This document shows positions 10,208 to 20,380 of a DNA stretch of 64,000 nucleotides, one piece after another. Made by a program: the position numbers and the translations under genes. Below the pieces are notes generated by a model. That model saw only the letters and a list, made by a program, of their open reading frames with translations. It searched no databases and was not told the DNA's origin. Where the stretch lies: the NCBI GenBank assembly GCA_964404855.1, contig CAYOLO010000001.1, positions 158,245-222,244 on the forward strand. The letters are read 5' to 3'. Positions within the stretch are counted from its first letter, which is position 1; each line of letters begins with the position of its first letter. The DNA is from an uncultured Gammaproteobacteria bacterium (GTDB lineage: Bacteria; Patescibacteriota; Microgenomatia; CAYQLK01).

Positions 10208-12223
10208 TTAATTTTGTAAGTTTTTAGCAGTTATTGCGAAAGGATCAAGAAGCTGACCTTTGGCTTCGAAGGCAATTGTATCAAAGTTTAAGCCGTCAAA
10301 ATCGGTTTGAATTGTGTATTTTCCGTTAGCTAAGGGAGTAACAGATATAAATTGCCCAAGACCGTTGGTTTTAAAAGCACGAACTGGCTTGCCAGAAGTA
10401 TCAAATACGGAAATTAGTGCACCTTGAACTAGTTCTCCATTACTGTTGTAAACAATGCCATTGGGTGTGTTGGGGTGTTCAGATAGGTTGATTTTTATTT
10501 CTGCTTTTGGAGCTGCTTTGGCCTGAGTGGATTGATAATTAAATGGCTGCACGACACCGCCGTGTTTTTGGTCGCGATTTTCATTTGGTTCAGCTTTGGT
10601 TGGTTGAGCTGTTTGGTGACTATCACTAGTGGTAGGTTTGTTGAGGTTAGGACTAGGTGGAGGGGCAAAGTCCTTAGAATCTTTTTCGGAAATTTTTCCA
10701 GCTTTAATTGGTTCAAAATCTTTAACTTTTTTGATTTCCTCTATGGCAATTCCACCAGCAATACTACCCATTTGGATGGGTTTTTGTGGCTGTGGTTCGG
10801 GGTTTTCGAAGCGTTTTTTGAGTTCTTTGCTGATATCAAATTGTCTTTCGCCCAAGATTGGCAACCTACCCTTGGAGAAGTCGGGTGGGCGGGTTTTGAG
10901 TTTGCGAATACGAGTATCGCCTATTCCCTGCATGAATTGGATTTGATTACCAGGGATGGCGATAACATTGCCTCCAAAATTAATATCGGAGGCAATTTGT
11001 GCAGCAATTGAAGTTTGGCTGTTTACGGTTGAAAAATTACTGGATGGTAGAGGTGAGACGACTGTTTTTTTGCCAACATTGGGAAGTAAATGTTTTTGGA
11101 ACATGTCGGGGGTTGAGGTGTTAAACCCGCCATTTTCTGCAAGACTTTTGTTTTTCTTAAAATCTTCCCATGCTGTAGAGAATTTTTCCTGCTCCTTTTG
11201 AATACTGGCTTGTTGGCGGAGAATTTCTTGTTCCTTGGCTTTTATTTCTGCCTCAATTTGTTGTTGAGAGCGTAATATTTCGTCTAGTTCAGCAAGTTTT
11301 TGTTTGGACTCTTCAGTTGGGGCTGTAGGTTGATTCTGGGGAGTTTTCAGGTTGACTGAGGCCTCTGGTGTTAGTGGTAGGACCTTAATTTCACGATTAG
11401 GGTTAAGGTTTGCGGGGGTAGAATAAGCATCTGGGCCTTTGTTAATTAATGAAACTTCTGGAGTTTGGCTTTGTGGGTTGGTTAGTTTTTGACTAAGCAG
11501 GTTGAGCTTCTTTTGTTTTTCTTCCTCGAGTTTTATTTTAGAAGTTTCTAAGGCTTTTTGTTTTTCGATTAAAGCTAATTCTTGAGCTTTGATTTCTTCC
11601 TCTTTAGCTTTAAGTTCGGCTGGTTTGGGAGCAGCCTGAGTGGTTGTTCTGATGTTTTGGATTGGTTGTTGATACGGAGAGAAAGGATTTTGATTAATGC
11701 CTTGGTTTTGGGGAGGAGGGGCGTTGGTGGCCTTGACTGTTGATTCGAGGCTAGCGATTTGAGCTAAGAATTGACTTTCTTTTTGGTCAAAAGGGTTAAC
11801 TATTGATGAATGTGACTGTCTGGCAAGCAGTGTTTGAAGTTCTGATCTGCTGATTCTAGCTGGCATTACTGAGGAAGAAACCTGCTGAATGGGGGCAGAT
11901 TTGAGGAAATTAGCTTCTAGAAAATAAGGTACGTGGTTATCCTTGATCCAAATTCTTTGGGTGGGTCTAGTGATAGAGCGGAAAAAAGCAACAATCCACT
12001 TGTCTAATGGTCTTCCCTGTAAAGGAACTGCAGCAAAAACAATTCCAAGTAAAACAAATAGTCCTCCGACAATATATGAAAATGTTTTGGGAAGAGGGGA
12101 AAAATAAAAAACGGCGCCAATTATTCCACCTATTGCGACATAGATAAACTGGCGGATTGTAAATGGTCCGAAGAGTTTGAACTCAAACGTGGTAATGTTT
12201 TGCGGTACTGCATGCTCTTCCAT
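10208..12223 (-). CDS. PrgI/VirB3-like membrane protein with coiled coil and C-terminal carboxypeptidase-regulatory-like domain
   Basis: VPQNI..FEFKLFGPFTIRQF, two TM helices, GRPLD; C-terminal G.VYNSNG..VQGA.I...KTNGLGQF. Confidence 0.8.
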   Translation of the reverse strand: MEEHAVPQNITTFEFKLFGPFTIRQFIYVAIGGIIGAVFYFSPLPKTFSYIVGGLFVLLGIVFAAVPLQGRPLDKWIVAFFRSITRPTQRIWIKDNHVPYFLEANFLKSAPIQQVSSSVMPARISRSELQTLLARQSHSSIVNPFDQKESQFLAQIASLESTVKATNAPPPQNQGINQNPFSPYQQPIQNIRTTTQAAPKPAELKAKEEEIKAQELALIEKQKALETSKIKLEEEKQKKLNLLSQKLTNPQSQTPEVSLINKGPDAYSTPANLNPNREIKVLPLTPEASVNLKTPQNQPTAPTEESKQKLAELDEILRSQQQIEAEIKAKEQEILRQQASIQKEQEKFSTAWEDFKKNKSLAENGGFNTSTPDMFQKHLLPNVGKKTVVSPLPSSNFSTVNSQTSIAAQIASDINFGGNVIAIPGNQIQFMQGIGDTRIRKLKTRPPDFSKGRLPILGERQFDISKELKKRFENPEPQPQKPIQMGSIAGGIAIEEIKKVKDFEPIKAGKISEKDSKDFAPPPSPNLNKPTTSDSHQTAQPTKAEPNENRDQKHGGVVQPFNYQSTQAKAAPKAEIKINLSEHPNTPNGIVYNSNGELVQGALISVFDTSGKPVRAFKTNGLGQFISVTPLANGKYTIQTDFDGLNFDTIAFEAKGQLLDPFAITAKNLQN

Positions 12224-12471
12224 AGCTATTTTGCCTGCCAAAATGGGAAAATTAACTATAAAAAAGGCAGGAACTCTTATTGATTTTGGATTGTAGCAGA
12301 AAAAAATATAGGTTGCAGTGAAAAAAGTTGCGTGAAATTTTTGAAGCTAAATTCTAAATAATATTGTCGGCTAAATATTGTGATGTTAATTAGTTAATTA
12401 CAAAATCTAATTAAATAACTATGGGACTGTTTATTAAGGCTAAAAATGATATAATGGGGTATAGTTAAATT

Positions 12472-14742
12472 ATGCCAGATAACGAGAAACACATTATTAG
12501 TTTAGAAGAGCAGGCAAGGGTTGAGGATCAGCCTTTGGCGAGCACTCAGGCTGAGGCACAACTATTTAGTGCTATTGATAGGGCTATGGGGGTTGAGAGT
12601 CAGACTAGGGATGAGCAGGTAACTCAGGAAGCGGATGAAAGTCATCGAACACAAATTGAATATATACGAGAATTAAACTCAATTGAGCTTGAGTTGAGAA
12701 ATGCTGATCCTTCAGTTAGAAGTATGCTTGAGGCGAGACGGGATGAATTAAAGGCCGAGCTTGAGTCGATGGTAGCTACTGAAAAAGAAAAAGAGCGTTA
12801 TCTTGATGCGGGCTTAAGGTTGTTTACAAGGTTGCAGACGCAAAAGGATGCGGTGCTGGCTAACTTGAAGGCTTTTAGAGGTTTGACTCCAAATAGAAAC
12901 GAGCTGATGAATCCATTGAATGCGTTTGTTGATAAGGTTGAGAGCTTAAGAAAAGAAGGAGATCCAAACACACCAGAGCGTAGAGAGGGCGAACTTAAAG
13001 CGGCTGCTTTGGAATTTGAACTTAGGAAAGCCAGGGAAGAAGTTTTGGCTGCGATTGAAAACTATAACCCCGTCGAATCACTTAAGTTAAATGCTTTAAC
13101 TGAGCTTGAGTTGGCTGAAGATCAGAGAGTGGCAAGGGATAATCCACAAATAAGAGAATTGTTAAAAATTTTAAATGACCCAGAATTAAGCGGAAAGTTT
13201 GGCAAACAAGTTGAAGCCTTTAGGGATGAATATAATGCCTTGGTAAGGATTCATAATTTTGCGGTAGCTGGTAAGGGTAAGGGGGCAGTTGAAATAACGG
13301 CCGCTTTGGGCGAGCTTGATCAGGCCGCATTAGTTGAGTTGTTTGAAGCTGAAGGCTTAAGGCAGGATATTATTGATGCTTATATTGCCGATAGGAGAGT
13401 TTTTGATGAGTTGAACACAGCGGTATTGGATCAAAAAGAAGCTGAAGCTTTATTAGAAGAGAGAACAGTATTGGGCAACAATAAGCGTACTTTTAAAAGA
13501 GCTGAAGTTCCAGATCCTAGGGATCCAACTAAAATGATTGATTTAGAAACTCTTTATCGTACGACTAGTGACGAGGATCAAAAAAAGGCGTTAATAGCAG
13601 CTAATCAGCCTTTACTGACCGAGGGTTATAAACAAAAGAAGGCATGGGAAGCTAAATATGTTGATAGTGTTTTGAGAGATGAATTTTTTTCTCCTTCAGC
13701 GCTTGCGAATTTTAGGTCGAGCGAACGCGTACCAGCTTCAGTTACAGTTTCTGAGCTTCAAAAACTAATTGAAGCAAGTTATGCATATAAGTCAAGGAAG
13801 ATTGTTTTGGGGCAAGAAATGGATAATATGATTGGTTTCCTTGAGACTACAATTGCGCCCATGGTTGTTGAGCCTATTAGGGTAATTCCAACTGAACCAC
13901 TAAAAAATGGTGACACAACTGGATATATCTTTGCGGGCAAATATAAGGATAATATTTTGGTTAAAACTAGATACCCACAAGATGTGTTGGAGGCTGGAGG
14001 AAAGATAAATGGGAAAGTTTTGAATATAACAGGCCCAATCTTTGATAAGGGATTCTATAAATATGGGGATCCTGGGTTTAAGCTAATGACGGAAACCTTT
14101 GGTATGGAAAAACCGACTGATCCGGAAAAAGCTACAGATGTGACTGATTGGTTAGAAAGATTTAAGACTGTCGATGCGCTGAGTCAAATTCGTAATAATC
14201 CAGAAGTGGTGAATAAACTTAAAGATGATGTTTATAAGGATGCGGCAGCAGCTCAAGCGAACGAAATGTACGATAAGTTTGAGGCTTTTCAGAGGGAACC
14301 GAATGAAGAATCAGCAAAAGCTTTGATGGCAAGTTATTTTTCTAAAACGCCTGAAGATAGGCGTAATTTCAACATGCAGGTAATTGAGGCACTACTTAGA
14401 TATAAGATGAAAATTAATGGGATTTATGCCTTTAGTGACAATAATGAGAGACAGAATTGGGGAGCAAGAAGAATTGAAGATTATATTGGCAAAGCTAGAG
14501 AAGCTGGGTTAATTGGCACGAGAGAAGAGAGGGAATTAAAAAGAAGAGTTTTTAAGGGTAAAGAAATTAAATTGGGCCGTGTCAAAATTGCCACAATTCC
14601 AGCACTTGGAAAAAAAGCAGAGATGGTTGGTGCTTGGACTAAAGAAGTTTTTGGCCCTAAGAACTTAAAAAATACGGCTTTTAGCTGGGCTAAGACTTTG
14701 TATAAAGAGAGCGTTGACCAGATTAGGTCTGATTTGAAATAG
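12472..14742 (+). CDS. Large charged helical hypothetical protein
   Basis: 756 aa ORF, E/K/R/L-rich; extended -10 TGATATAAT at 12447-12455. Confidence 0.75.
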   Translation: MPDNEKHIISLEEQARVEDQPLASTQAEAQLFSAIDRAMGVESQTRDEQVTQEADESHRTQIEYIRELNSIELELRNADPSVRSMLEARRDELKAELESMVATEKEKERYLDAGLRLFTRLQTQKDAVLANLKAFRGLTPNRNELMNPLNAFVDKVESLRKEGDPNTPERREGELKAAALEFELRKAREEVLAAIENYNPVESLKLNALTELELAEDQRVARDNPQIRELLKILNDPELSGKFGKQVEAFRDEYNALVRIHNFAVAGKGKGAVEITAALGELDQAALVELFEAEGLRQDIIDAYIADRRVFDELNTAVLDQKEAEALLEERTVLGNNKRTFKRAEVPDPRDPTKMIDLETLYRTTSDEDQKKALIAANQPLLTEGYKQKKAWEAKYVDSVLRDEFFSPSALANFRSSERVPASVTVSELQKLIEASYAYKSRKIVLGQEMDNMIGFLETTIAPMVVEPIRVIPTEPLKNGDTTGYIFAGKYKDNILVKTRYPQDVLEAGGKINGKVLNITGPIFDKGFYKYGDPGFKLMTETFGMEKPTDPEKATDVTDWLERFKTVDALSQIRNNPEVVNKLKDDVYKDAAAAQANEMYDKFEAFQREPNEESAKALMASYFSKTPEDRRNFNMQVIEALLRYKMKINGIYAFSDNNERQNWGARRIEDYIGKAREAGLIGTREERELKRRVFKGKEIKLGRVKIATIPALGKKAEMVGAWTKEVFGPKNLKNTAFSWAKTLYKESVDQIRSDLK

Positions 14743-14757
14743 TTTTCCGATTAAAAT

Positions 14758-16467
14758 TTACGGTCTTCTGCGACTGAATGGGTTAGCTGATCTTTGGGCT
14801 TGTGTTGAAGCTTGTTGAGGTGTGGTTGACGGACCAGCAGGTCCAGGTCTGCCTGGTGTAATTGGTGAAGATGCACCTGGGGTACTTGAAAGCCTATCAT
14901 ATCTTCTTTGTGAACTCCAAGGATTAAATGTGTTACTTAGTTTTTCGCCAGCAAAATCACTAGTTCTAGCTTTGGCTCTGGTGGCTGCACCATTAAATGG
15001 TTGTCTAGCCATACCTAATCCTGCGCCTGCAACAGCGCCAGCCGCACCACCAATTGTTCCACCAATTCCGCCACCTTTGACTTTGAATGAATCCTGAGCG
15101 ATTTTGGCTGCGGATGGTACGCCTAATAGAATGCCAATACCAATTAAAGACTTAAGAGCGTTAGCACCTTCTTCATTAGTAAACCCACCGAGAAGCGGAG
15201 CATTCCACCCCTCACCTTCAGTAATCGTAGCTTCACCAGAGGTAATCCTGTCTTTGCCCACACCCATAAAATAGGCAGCAAAGATAATCATAAGTATGGT
15301 GATTACAAAAGTGGCAAGTTGGGCGGCAATATTTCGAATCCAAGGACCAAAGCCCGGCATGCCTGGAATAACGCCGATTCCAATCATAAGGGGACCAAAA
15401 ATTGTGTAAAAGAATACTTTGACGTAGGCCATAAGTAGCATAAAAAATATGCGGAATGTGGCTACAAGCATCATAATTCCAATCACGGCAACGGCTAGAG
15501 CAGAAAGGATACTTGAGCTGAATTTTTCGATCAAGTCAGGCAAGCCAAAGTTATCGATTGCACCAGCTATAATATCGTCGCTGCTGTGGAATATGCCTGA
15601 AATATTTTCAAGGAATAATTCTTTAAGCATAAATGTGAAAACGTTGTTTTCGTAATAGATTCCATTGGAATTAGGTTGGGCTACGCTTTCGCTCGAGAGA
15701 ATTTGAATCATAACGGCGATAAAAAAGTTCATTAGATCAATCATTAGTCCGACGATTGCATAGGAGAAGGTAACGAGGATTAAACTAATTACTATTTTTG
15801 GTAATACCGCTTGGACTGAAGCAACAGAGCTTGAACTTAGTCTCTGGCGGAAAATAATCATAAAACCAATGACAATAAAAAAGATGACATAGAGAAGAAG
15901 TGTGAGGTTGCGGAAGGTGGTCCATAAGGCTTGGGTTGGTTTGAGCGCGTCGTAGCCTGTTTGAGCAGCTAAAGTTTCGCCGGTAATTTTTGATTTAAGA
16001 TCGGCAAGATATTGCACACCCGAAGCCGGTTCTTCAGTGTAAAGCATAGCGATGCTTTTCATTAAAAATGGCACTGCGGCTCCGGTTCGACAATTGGTTC
16101 CACCACCACTTATACATTCGAGTTCTGCTTCGGTTGATGGAAGGCCAGTTATTTGGCGGTTGATACCAAAAGCCAGATTGTCCATAAGGCCTAGGTTGAA
16201 TTTTTGAAGATTCACGTCGTCTTCGTCGAGAGCGTTTTTGTACTGACAAATTGATTGTTGATATGGTTGGACAGTATCGCCTATACCAGGATGGGGATTA
16301 GAAATACCAACAGGACTGCCAGCTGGAGGAGGGGGAGAGCCAGCGGCTTCTTCCTCACACCCAAACGGATCTTCGGCTTGAGCAAGAACAGGCGACGAAT
16401 TAAAGCTAAAAAAAATTGAGAAAAGGCTGAATATTATAAAAATTGGCAGAACGATCTTAAGACGCAT
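14758..16467 (-). CDS. VirB6/TrbL-like polytopic membrane protein
   Basis: Signal peptide; W..FRN, PKIVISLILVTFSYAIVGLMID; multiple TM helices; Gly/Ala-rich tail; T4SS context. Confidence 0.75.
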   Translation of the reverse strand: MRLKIVLPIFIIFSLFSIFFSFNSSPVLAQAEDPFGCEEEAAGSPPPPAGSPVGISNPHPGIGDTVQPYQQSICQYKNALDEDDVNLQKFNLGLMDNLAFGINRQITGLPSTEAELECISGGGTNCRTGAAVPFLMKSIAMLYTEEPASGVQYLADLKSKITGETLAAQTGYDALKPTQALWTTFRNLTLLLYVIFFIVIGFMIIFRQRLSSSSVASVQAVLPKIVISLILVTFSYAIVGLMIDLMNFFIAVMIQILSSESVAQPNSNGIYYENNVFTFMLKELFLENISGIFHSSDDIIAGAIDNFGLPDLIEKFSSSILSALAVAVIGIMMLVATFRIFFMLLMAYVKVFFYTIFGPLMIGIGVIPGMPGFGPWIRNIAAQLATFVITILMIIFAAYFMGVGKDRITSGEATITEGEGWNAPLLGGFTNEEGANALKSLIGIGILLGVPSAAKIAQDSFKVKGGGIGGTIGGAAGAVAGAGLGMARQPFNGAATRAKARTSDFAGEKLSNTFNPWSSQRRYDRLSSTPGASSPITPGRPGPAGPSTTPQQASTQAQRSANPFSRRRP

Positions 16468-16519
16468 TGGTAGGCAAGTTATAGCTTATTTTAATCTTAG
16501 TTTAGGTATATTTGCAAAG

Positions 16520-17737
16520 TTATTCTTTTCTGACTTCGATATCTTTTGGGGTAATAGTGCGTAATATTATTTCTTTGGCGGTTTGAACGCTACCTAGGTA
16601 GCCTGCCCAAACTTGATTGGACTGACCAAAACCTTTAAGTCTGGTCGACGCGGTGTCAGAAAATTCTCCTGTATTGTTTTTATTCCAAAAATCACCTGGG
16701 CCAAATAATCGTAAACTGCCGGATTTTTTGCGTGCTAGTGATTTCCATACCGAGTCAACATAGGGAATTCGAGAAGAGAGGAGTGAGCCGTTTTTGGTGT
16801 ACTGGACGGAGTCGGCTGCTGTTCCAGAGGCGTTGTAGAGAATAATATATTCTTCGCCTGGACCTTCTCTGCCTTCTGGTTTGGCTGGTTCGGGATTAAA
16901 ATCTATTGATTCTTTGATCGTATCTTGCTGAAGGGTAACTTGCTGAAGTATTTGAGATAATGCGGCAAGGCGGGCGACTGAAGGAACACCTAGTAATAAA
17001 TCACGGCCAGGAACACATGTTTCTGATTCATCTTCACTGTCTGATGTGGAGGAGATACAGCCTCTGGATGTCCAGTTTGTAACTAGAGGAAATTTAGCCC
17101 AATATCTTCCCCAGGTTTCTGACCAGACTTTGGCTGATACACCACCTTGAAGTCCGGGTGGAAGAGGTTTGCCCCAAGCGTCGTAAAGGTCCTTTACTGT
17201 ACGGTAGTGCTGTCCGCAGTAGTCACCATATTCGGCAGCAGCCTCTTCGAGTTTAGTGGTGCCTGATTTGGATAATTGATAGACGGTTTCAATATATGTC
17301 TGGCGAAGTTTGTCGATATTATTTTTGGGCAAGATTTTGATTAAGGGACCATTAAAGTTGTTAAGTTCGTTGTTGTTAAGTTTGGAGATGTCTGTTTTGC
17401 GGTGAGAGTCAGTTTGGAATTTGCCCTCCAGATAATTAGCCATTGATCTGACAAAGGGCAGAACGGGTTTATTAACCACTGCAGAAACTCCTGAAGCATT
17501 GACAATTGCTCTAGATGGCTGATATTCACTCTCGGTTTTGCCCTCTAGTTCATTCCATGTTGGCGGGGTGTAAGTTGGATTGGTCCCGTTTGGTGGTTCT
17601 GGTTGATCACAGATTTTAGGCAGAGTGTATTGAGCAAATGAGTACGGTGAAAAAAAAGAAACGATTAGTGTAAATATGAGAAAAAAAGAAAGTCCAAGTG
17701 CTGGTTTTTGGACTAGGGCAAGTTTTTTCATTAACAA
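16520..17737 (-). CDS. Secreted hypothetical protein in T4SS-like locus
   Basis: Signal peptide ending SFA; between pilins and VirB6-like gene. Confidence 0.7.
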   Translation of the reverse strand: MLMKKLALVQKPALGLSFFLIFTLIVSFFSPYSFAQYTLPKICDQPEPPNGTNPTYTPPTWNELEGKTESEYQPSRAIVNASGVSAVVNKPVLPFVRSMANYLEGKFQTDSHRKTDISKLNNNELNNFNGPLIKILPKNNIDKLRQTYIETVYQLSKSGTTKLEEAAAEYGDYCGQHYRTVKDLYDAWGKPLPPGLQGGVSAKVWSETWGRYWAKFPLVTNWTSRGCISSTSDSEDESETCVPGRDLLLGVPSVARLAALSQILQQVTLQQDTIKESIDFNPEPAKPEGREGPGEEYIILYNASGTAADSVQYTKNGSLLSSRIPYVDSVWKSLARKKSGSLRLFGPGDFWNKNNTGEFSDTASTRLKGFGQSNQVWAGYLGSVQTAKEIILRTITPKDIEVRKE

Positions 17738-17745
17738 AACTTAGC

Positions 17746-18150
17746 TTAACACTGTGTATTTTCCGGTGTGTAGTCGAGTAGATTGATTCCCGTAACGAGT
17801 TCTAGGGATTTAAAGATAGCGTAAATAAGTAACAACACAACTACTCCGATTAGGGCGGTCATTATTGCACTCCTAGCTGAGGCTGCGCCTTGCGGATTGC
17901 CGAAGGAAAATATGTATTTGTAGCCTGCGTAGATAAGCATGACAAAAAACCCAATTCCAGCTGCGGGGGCGATAATTTTTATGGCTTTGGCGATAATATC
18001 AATTAGGTCGCAAAGCTGAGAAGGTTCTTCGCTTCCTCCACCAATTGGACCTGGACCGCCTCCAGCGGCCGCAAACACTCCCTGATTAAGGGCTAAAAAT
18101 AAAATTGAATAAAATAAAGAAATTGCGAGAGATTTTTTGTTCATTGTCAC
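17746..18150 (-). CDS. VirB2/TrbC-like pilin
   Basis: Signal peptide, TM, AGYKYIFSFGNP..A..ARSAI..ALIG, TM. Confidence 0.8.
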   Translation of the reverse strand: MTMNKKSLAISLFYSILFLALNQGVFAAAGGGPGPIGGGSEEPSQLCDLIDIIAKAIKIIAPAAGIGFFVMLIYAGYKYIFSFGNPQGAASARSAIMTALIGVVVLLLIYAIFKSLELVTGINLLDYTPENTQC

Positions 18151-18193
18151 TAGTTAATTAAATAATACCAGTTAATCAAATTGTAAATCCAAA

Positions 18194-18236
18194 CAATATC
18201 GACCTGGAAAGTATTTAGTACTCCAGGTCGATATTG
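18194..18236 (-). terminator. Strong stem-loop after pilin gene
   Basis: 15-bp perfect inverted repeat CAATATCGACCTGGA / TCCAGGTCGATATTG, followed by TTTGGATTT on minus strand. Confidence 0.65.
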
Positions 18237-18259
18237 GAAGAAACTTTTTCCTAATCTTT

Positions 18260-18634
18260 TTACAGAGTTGGAATAGTGAAGTTGTCTCCAGTAATAATGC
18301 TGACTCCAAGAATGGTTTGGACAAGCATAATTAAGGCTAAGGCCAAAACTACAACCACCAACCCAACGAGTGCGTGAATTACTTGATTTCTGGCGGCTGC
18401 AACTTTTCCTGGGTCACCACTGGAAAGAATCCATTTGATACCACCAATTAATAGCCAGATAAAAGCAATAAGGAATGCAGCAAAAATAATCATTTGAATC
18501 ACAAAGCTGAGGATTGCTCCTGGTTCAGCTACGTTGACATTGTATGGATTAAGCTGAATTTCGTCTGCAAACGCTGCTGTAGAACTAGCAATAGTCCCGA
18601 CAACTGAGGATGATACGGCAATTAACTTTTTTAT
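18260..18634 (-). CDS. VirB2/TrbC-like pilin, probable ATA start
   Basis: GGIKWILSSGDPGKVAAARNQVIHALVGL; frame extends upstream through signal peptide KKLIAVSSSVVGTIASSTAAFA to ATA preceded by SD AAGGGGGTGA. Confidence 0.8.
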   Translation of the reverse strand: MKKLIAVSSSVVGTIASSTAAFADEIQLNPYNVNVAEPGAILSFVIQMIIFAAFLIAFIWLLIGGIKWILSSGDPGKVAAARNQVIHALVGLVVVVLALALIMLVQTILGVSIITGDNFTIPTL

Positions 18635-18660
18635 AACGACTCACCCCCTTTCAAGGTTTT

Positions 18661-19107
18661 TTAGAACGGAAGTTCTGGACTAGTAATAGAGCCTGCGTTT
18701 AGGCTAAAGATGTTTTCAACAAGAGTCAAAATAGAAAAAGCTAGGATAATTACAATAAGGCCAATTATTGCGTAGGTGATTTTTTTCTGAGCGGCAGCGG
18801 TTTTTGCTGGCTCACCATTACTGGTAATGTAACTGATACCTGCGAGTAGTAGCCAAATAAAAGCCATAACAAAACCTGCAAACATTAGGATTTTTATGGC
18901 GAATGTAATGATTTTTCCAACATCAGAAGCTTCGGTTGGAATACCGGCTGGAGGGCAGATTTCCCCTAGAGGATTTTGGTCAGTACCTTGAGATCCTGTT
19001 GAACAAGCAGCAATTACATTGGCTGCAGAAATAGCTAGCATTATTAATATTCCTGGAAAAACAAAAATTGCTTGTTTGAATGTAGATTTTATGTGAAAAA
19101 GCGACAT
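18661..19107 (-). CDS. VirB2/TrbC-like pilin
   Basis: AGISYITSNGEPAKTAAAQKKITYAIIGL between two TM helices. Confidence 0.82.
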   Translation of the reverse strand: MSLFHIKSTFKQAIFVFPGILIMLAISAANVIAACSTGSQGTDQNPLGEICPPAGIPTEASDVGKIITFAIKILMFAGFVMAFIWLLLAGISYITSNGEPAKTAAAQKKITYAIIGLIVIILAFSILTLVENIFSLNAGSITSPELPF

Positions 19108-19108
19108 T

Positions 19109-19441
19109 TTAAAGATTGGGATTATTAATAAATAGTGCCTGTACTGTATACATTATCACAAAAGTTAGAATCAAAAGGATCATACCGATGACTGCATATG
19201 TGATTGAATTTTTTGCAGCTGCAGTCTTATTTGGATCACCACCAGAGGTAATAAATTTGATACCCCCGAGGATTAAAAAAATGACGGTAAAAATTGCACC
19301 AAGGCCAAATATAATCGATAAGAAAATAGTACCAATGTCGCCAACTGATTGAAAGTTTTCTGCGGGTTGGAACTCTTCGTTAATGTTGAGCCCCAGAAGG
19401 GGTAAGGAGCTTAGTGGTAATAATATTTTTTTAGGTGACAT
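19109..19441 (-). CDS. VirB2/TrbC-like pilin
   Basis: GGIKFITSGGDPNKTAAAKNSITYAVIG. Confidence 0.82.
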   Translation of the reverse strand: MSPKKILLPLSSLPLLGLNINEEFQPAENFQSVGDIGTIFLSIIFGLGAIFTVIFLILGGIKFITSGGDPNKTAAAKNSITYAVIGMILLILTFVIMYTVQALFINNPNL

Positions 19442-19763
19442 AAACGTTAAGAATTGATTGTGAAACAAATGCGGTTAATGCCCAAGCTATGGAAATAATA
19501 ACCAGGCCGATTACAGCATTAATTATCATAGATTTACCTCCCGCAACGCTGGCTGGATTGCCTCCGCTTAAAATTATTCGAAATGCGCCGATTGCTATAA
19601 GAATTATTGATACTAAAAAGGCAAAAGGAAAAACAAAATAAACCATTGCGTTACTAATAAATCCACCAACAGAGCTGGCTGAGCCACTGTTAAATTCAGT
19701 AATAGGATTACCGACACCTGATTCTCCGAGTCGGATTGCGATGTTTTTTGTTTCGCTTAACAT
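19431..19763 (-). CDS. VirB2/TrbC-like pilin
   Basis: GAFRIILSGGNPASVAGGKSMIINAVIGL. Confidence 0.8.
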   Translation of the reverse strand: MLSETKNIAIRLGESGVGNPITEFNSGSASSVGGFISNAMVYFVFPFAFLVSIILIAIGAFRIILSGGNPASVAGGKSMIINAVIGLVIISIAWALTAFVSQSILNVYVT

Positions 19764-20362
19764 TATGGTGTGTATATGTCGCTTGTAGCTTCTATGCCTG
19801 GAAGATTAAGAATATTAGCGCCAATTATTTCAAGAATAGTTACAGCAAAAACAATAAACAACAGACCAGAGATTGCCGAAATTATCATCTCTCGACCTGC
19901 GTTAATACCGCTTGGATTGCCAGCAGAAGTAACAATTTTAACTGCACCGAAGCCGGCGAGTATAAAAGCCACAACCGCTGCAATTGATATTGAGACGGTT
20001 AGGATTGTTGTAACAGTACTACCACCACTATCGCCTGTATCAAATTCTAGAACTCCTCCAATTGAACAGGTTGGGCTACATGGAATAGATGAGTCTCCAC
20101 CAGTGCCCCCACTACTATTTTCGCCAGATCCTACGCCTGCTCCGCCAGCTAATGCTGTTTCACATGAAGATTGGGAGTTGTAGTGTGGAAGGTCGCCTCC
20201 AAAAGTCGCAGAAATACAAGAAATTGTTCCACCAACGTTTCGAATAAACCAGTAGGTAGCAGCGTTGGTGGAATTTGTTGGCAGGAATGAGATAAGTACG
20301 AAATTAAATACTAAAAATAGTGATAATAAAAATGTTTTTAGGGCGAGATTGATTTTGGGCAT
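19763..20362 (-). CDS. VirB2/TrbC-like pilin with Cys/Gly-rich N-terminal extension
   Basis: GAVKIVTSAGNPSGINAGREMIISAISGL; signal peptide; four Cys in the extension. Confidence 0.8.
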   Translation of the reverse strand: MPKINLALKTFLLSLFLVFNFVLISFLPTNSTNAATYWFIRNVGGTISCISATFGGDLPHYNSQSSCETALAGGAGVGSGENSSGGTGGDSSIPCSPTCSIGGVLEFDTGDSGGSTVTTILTVSISIAAVVAFILAGFGAVKIVTSAGNPSGINAGREMIISAISGLLFIVFAVTILEIIGANILNLPGIEATSDIYTP

Positions 20363-20380
20363 AGAAGGTATAATCTAACA

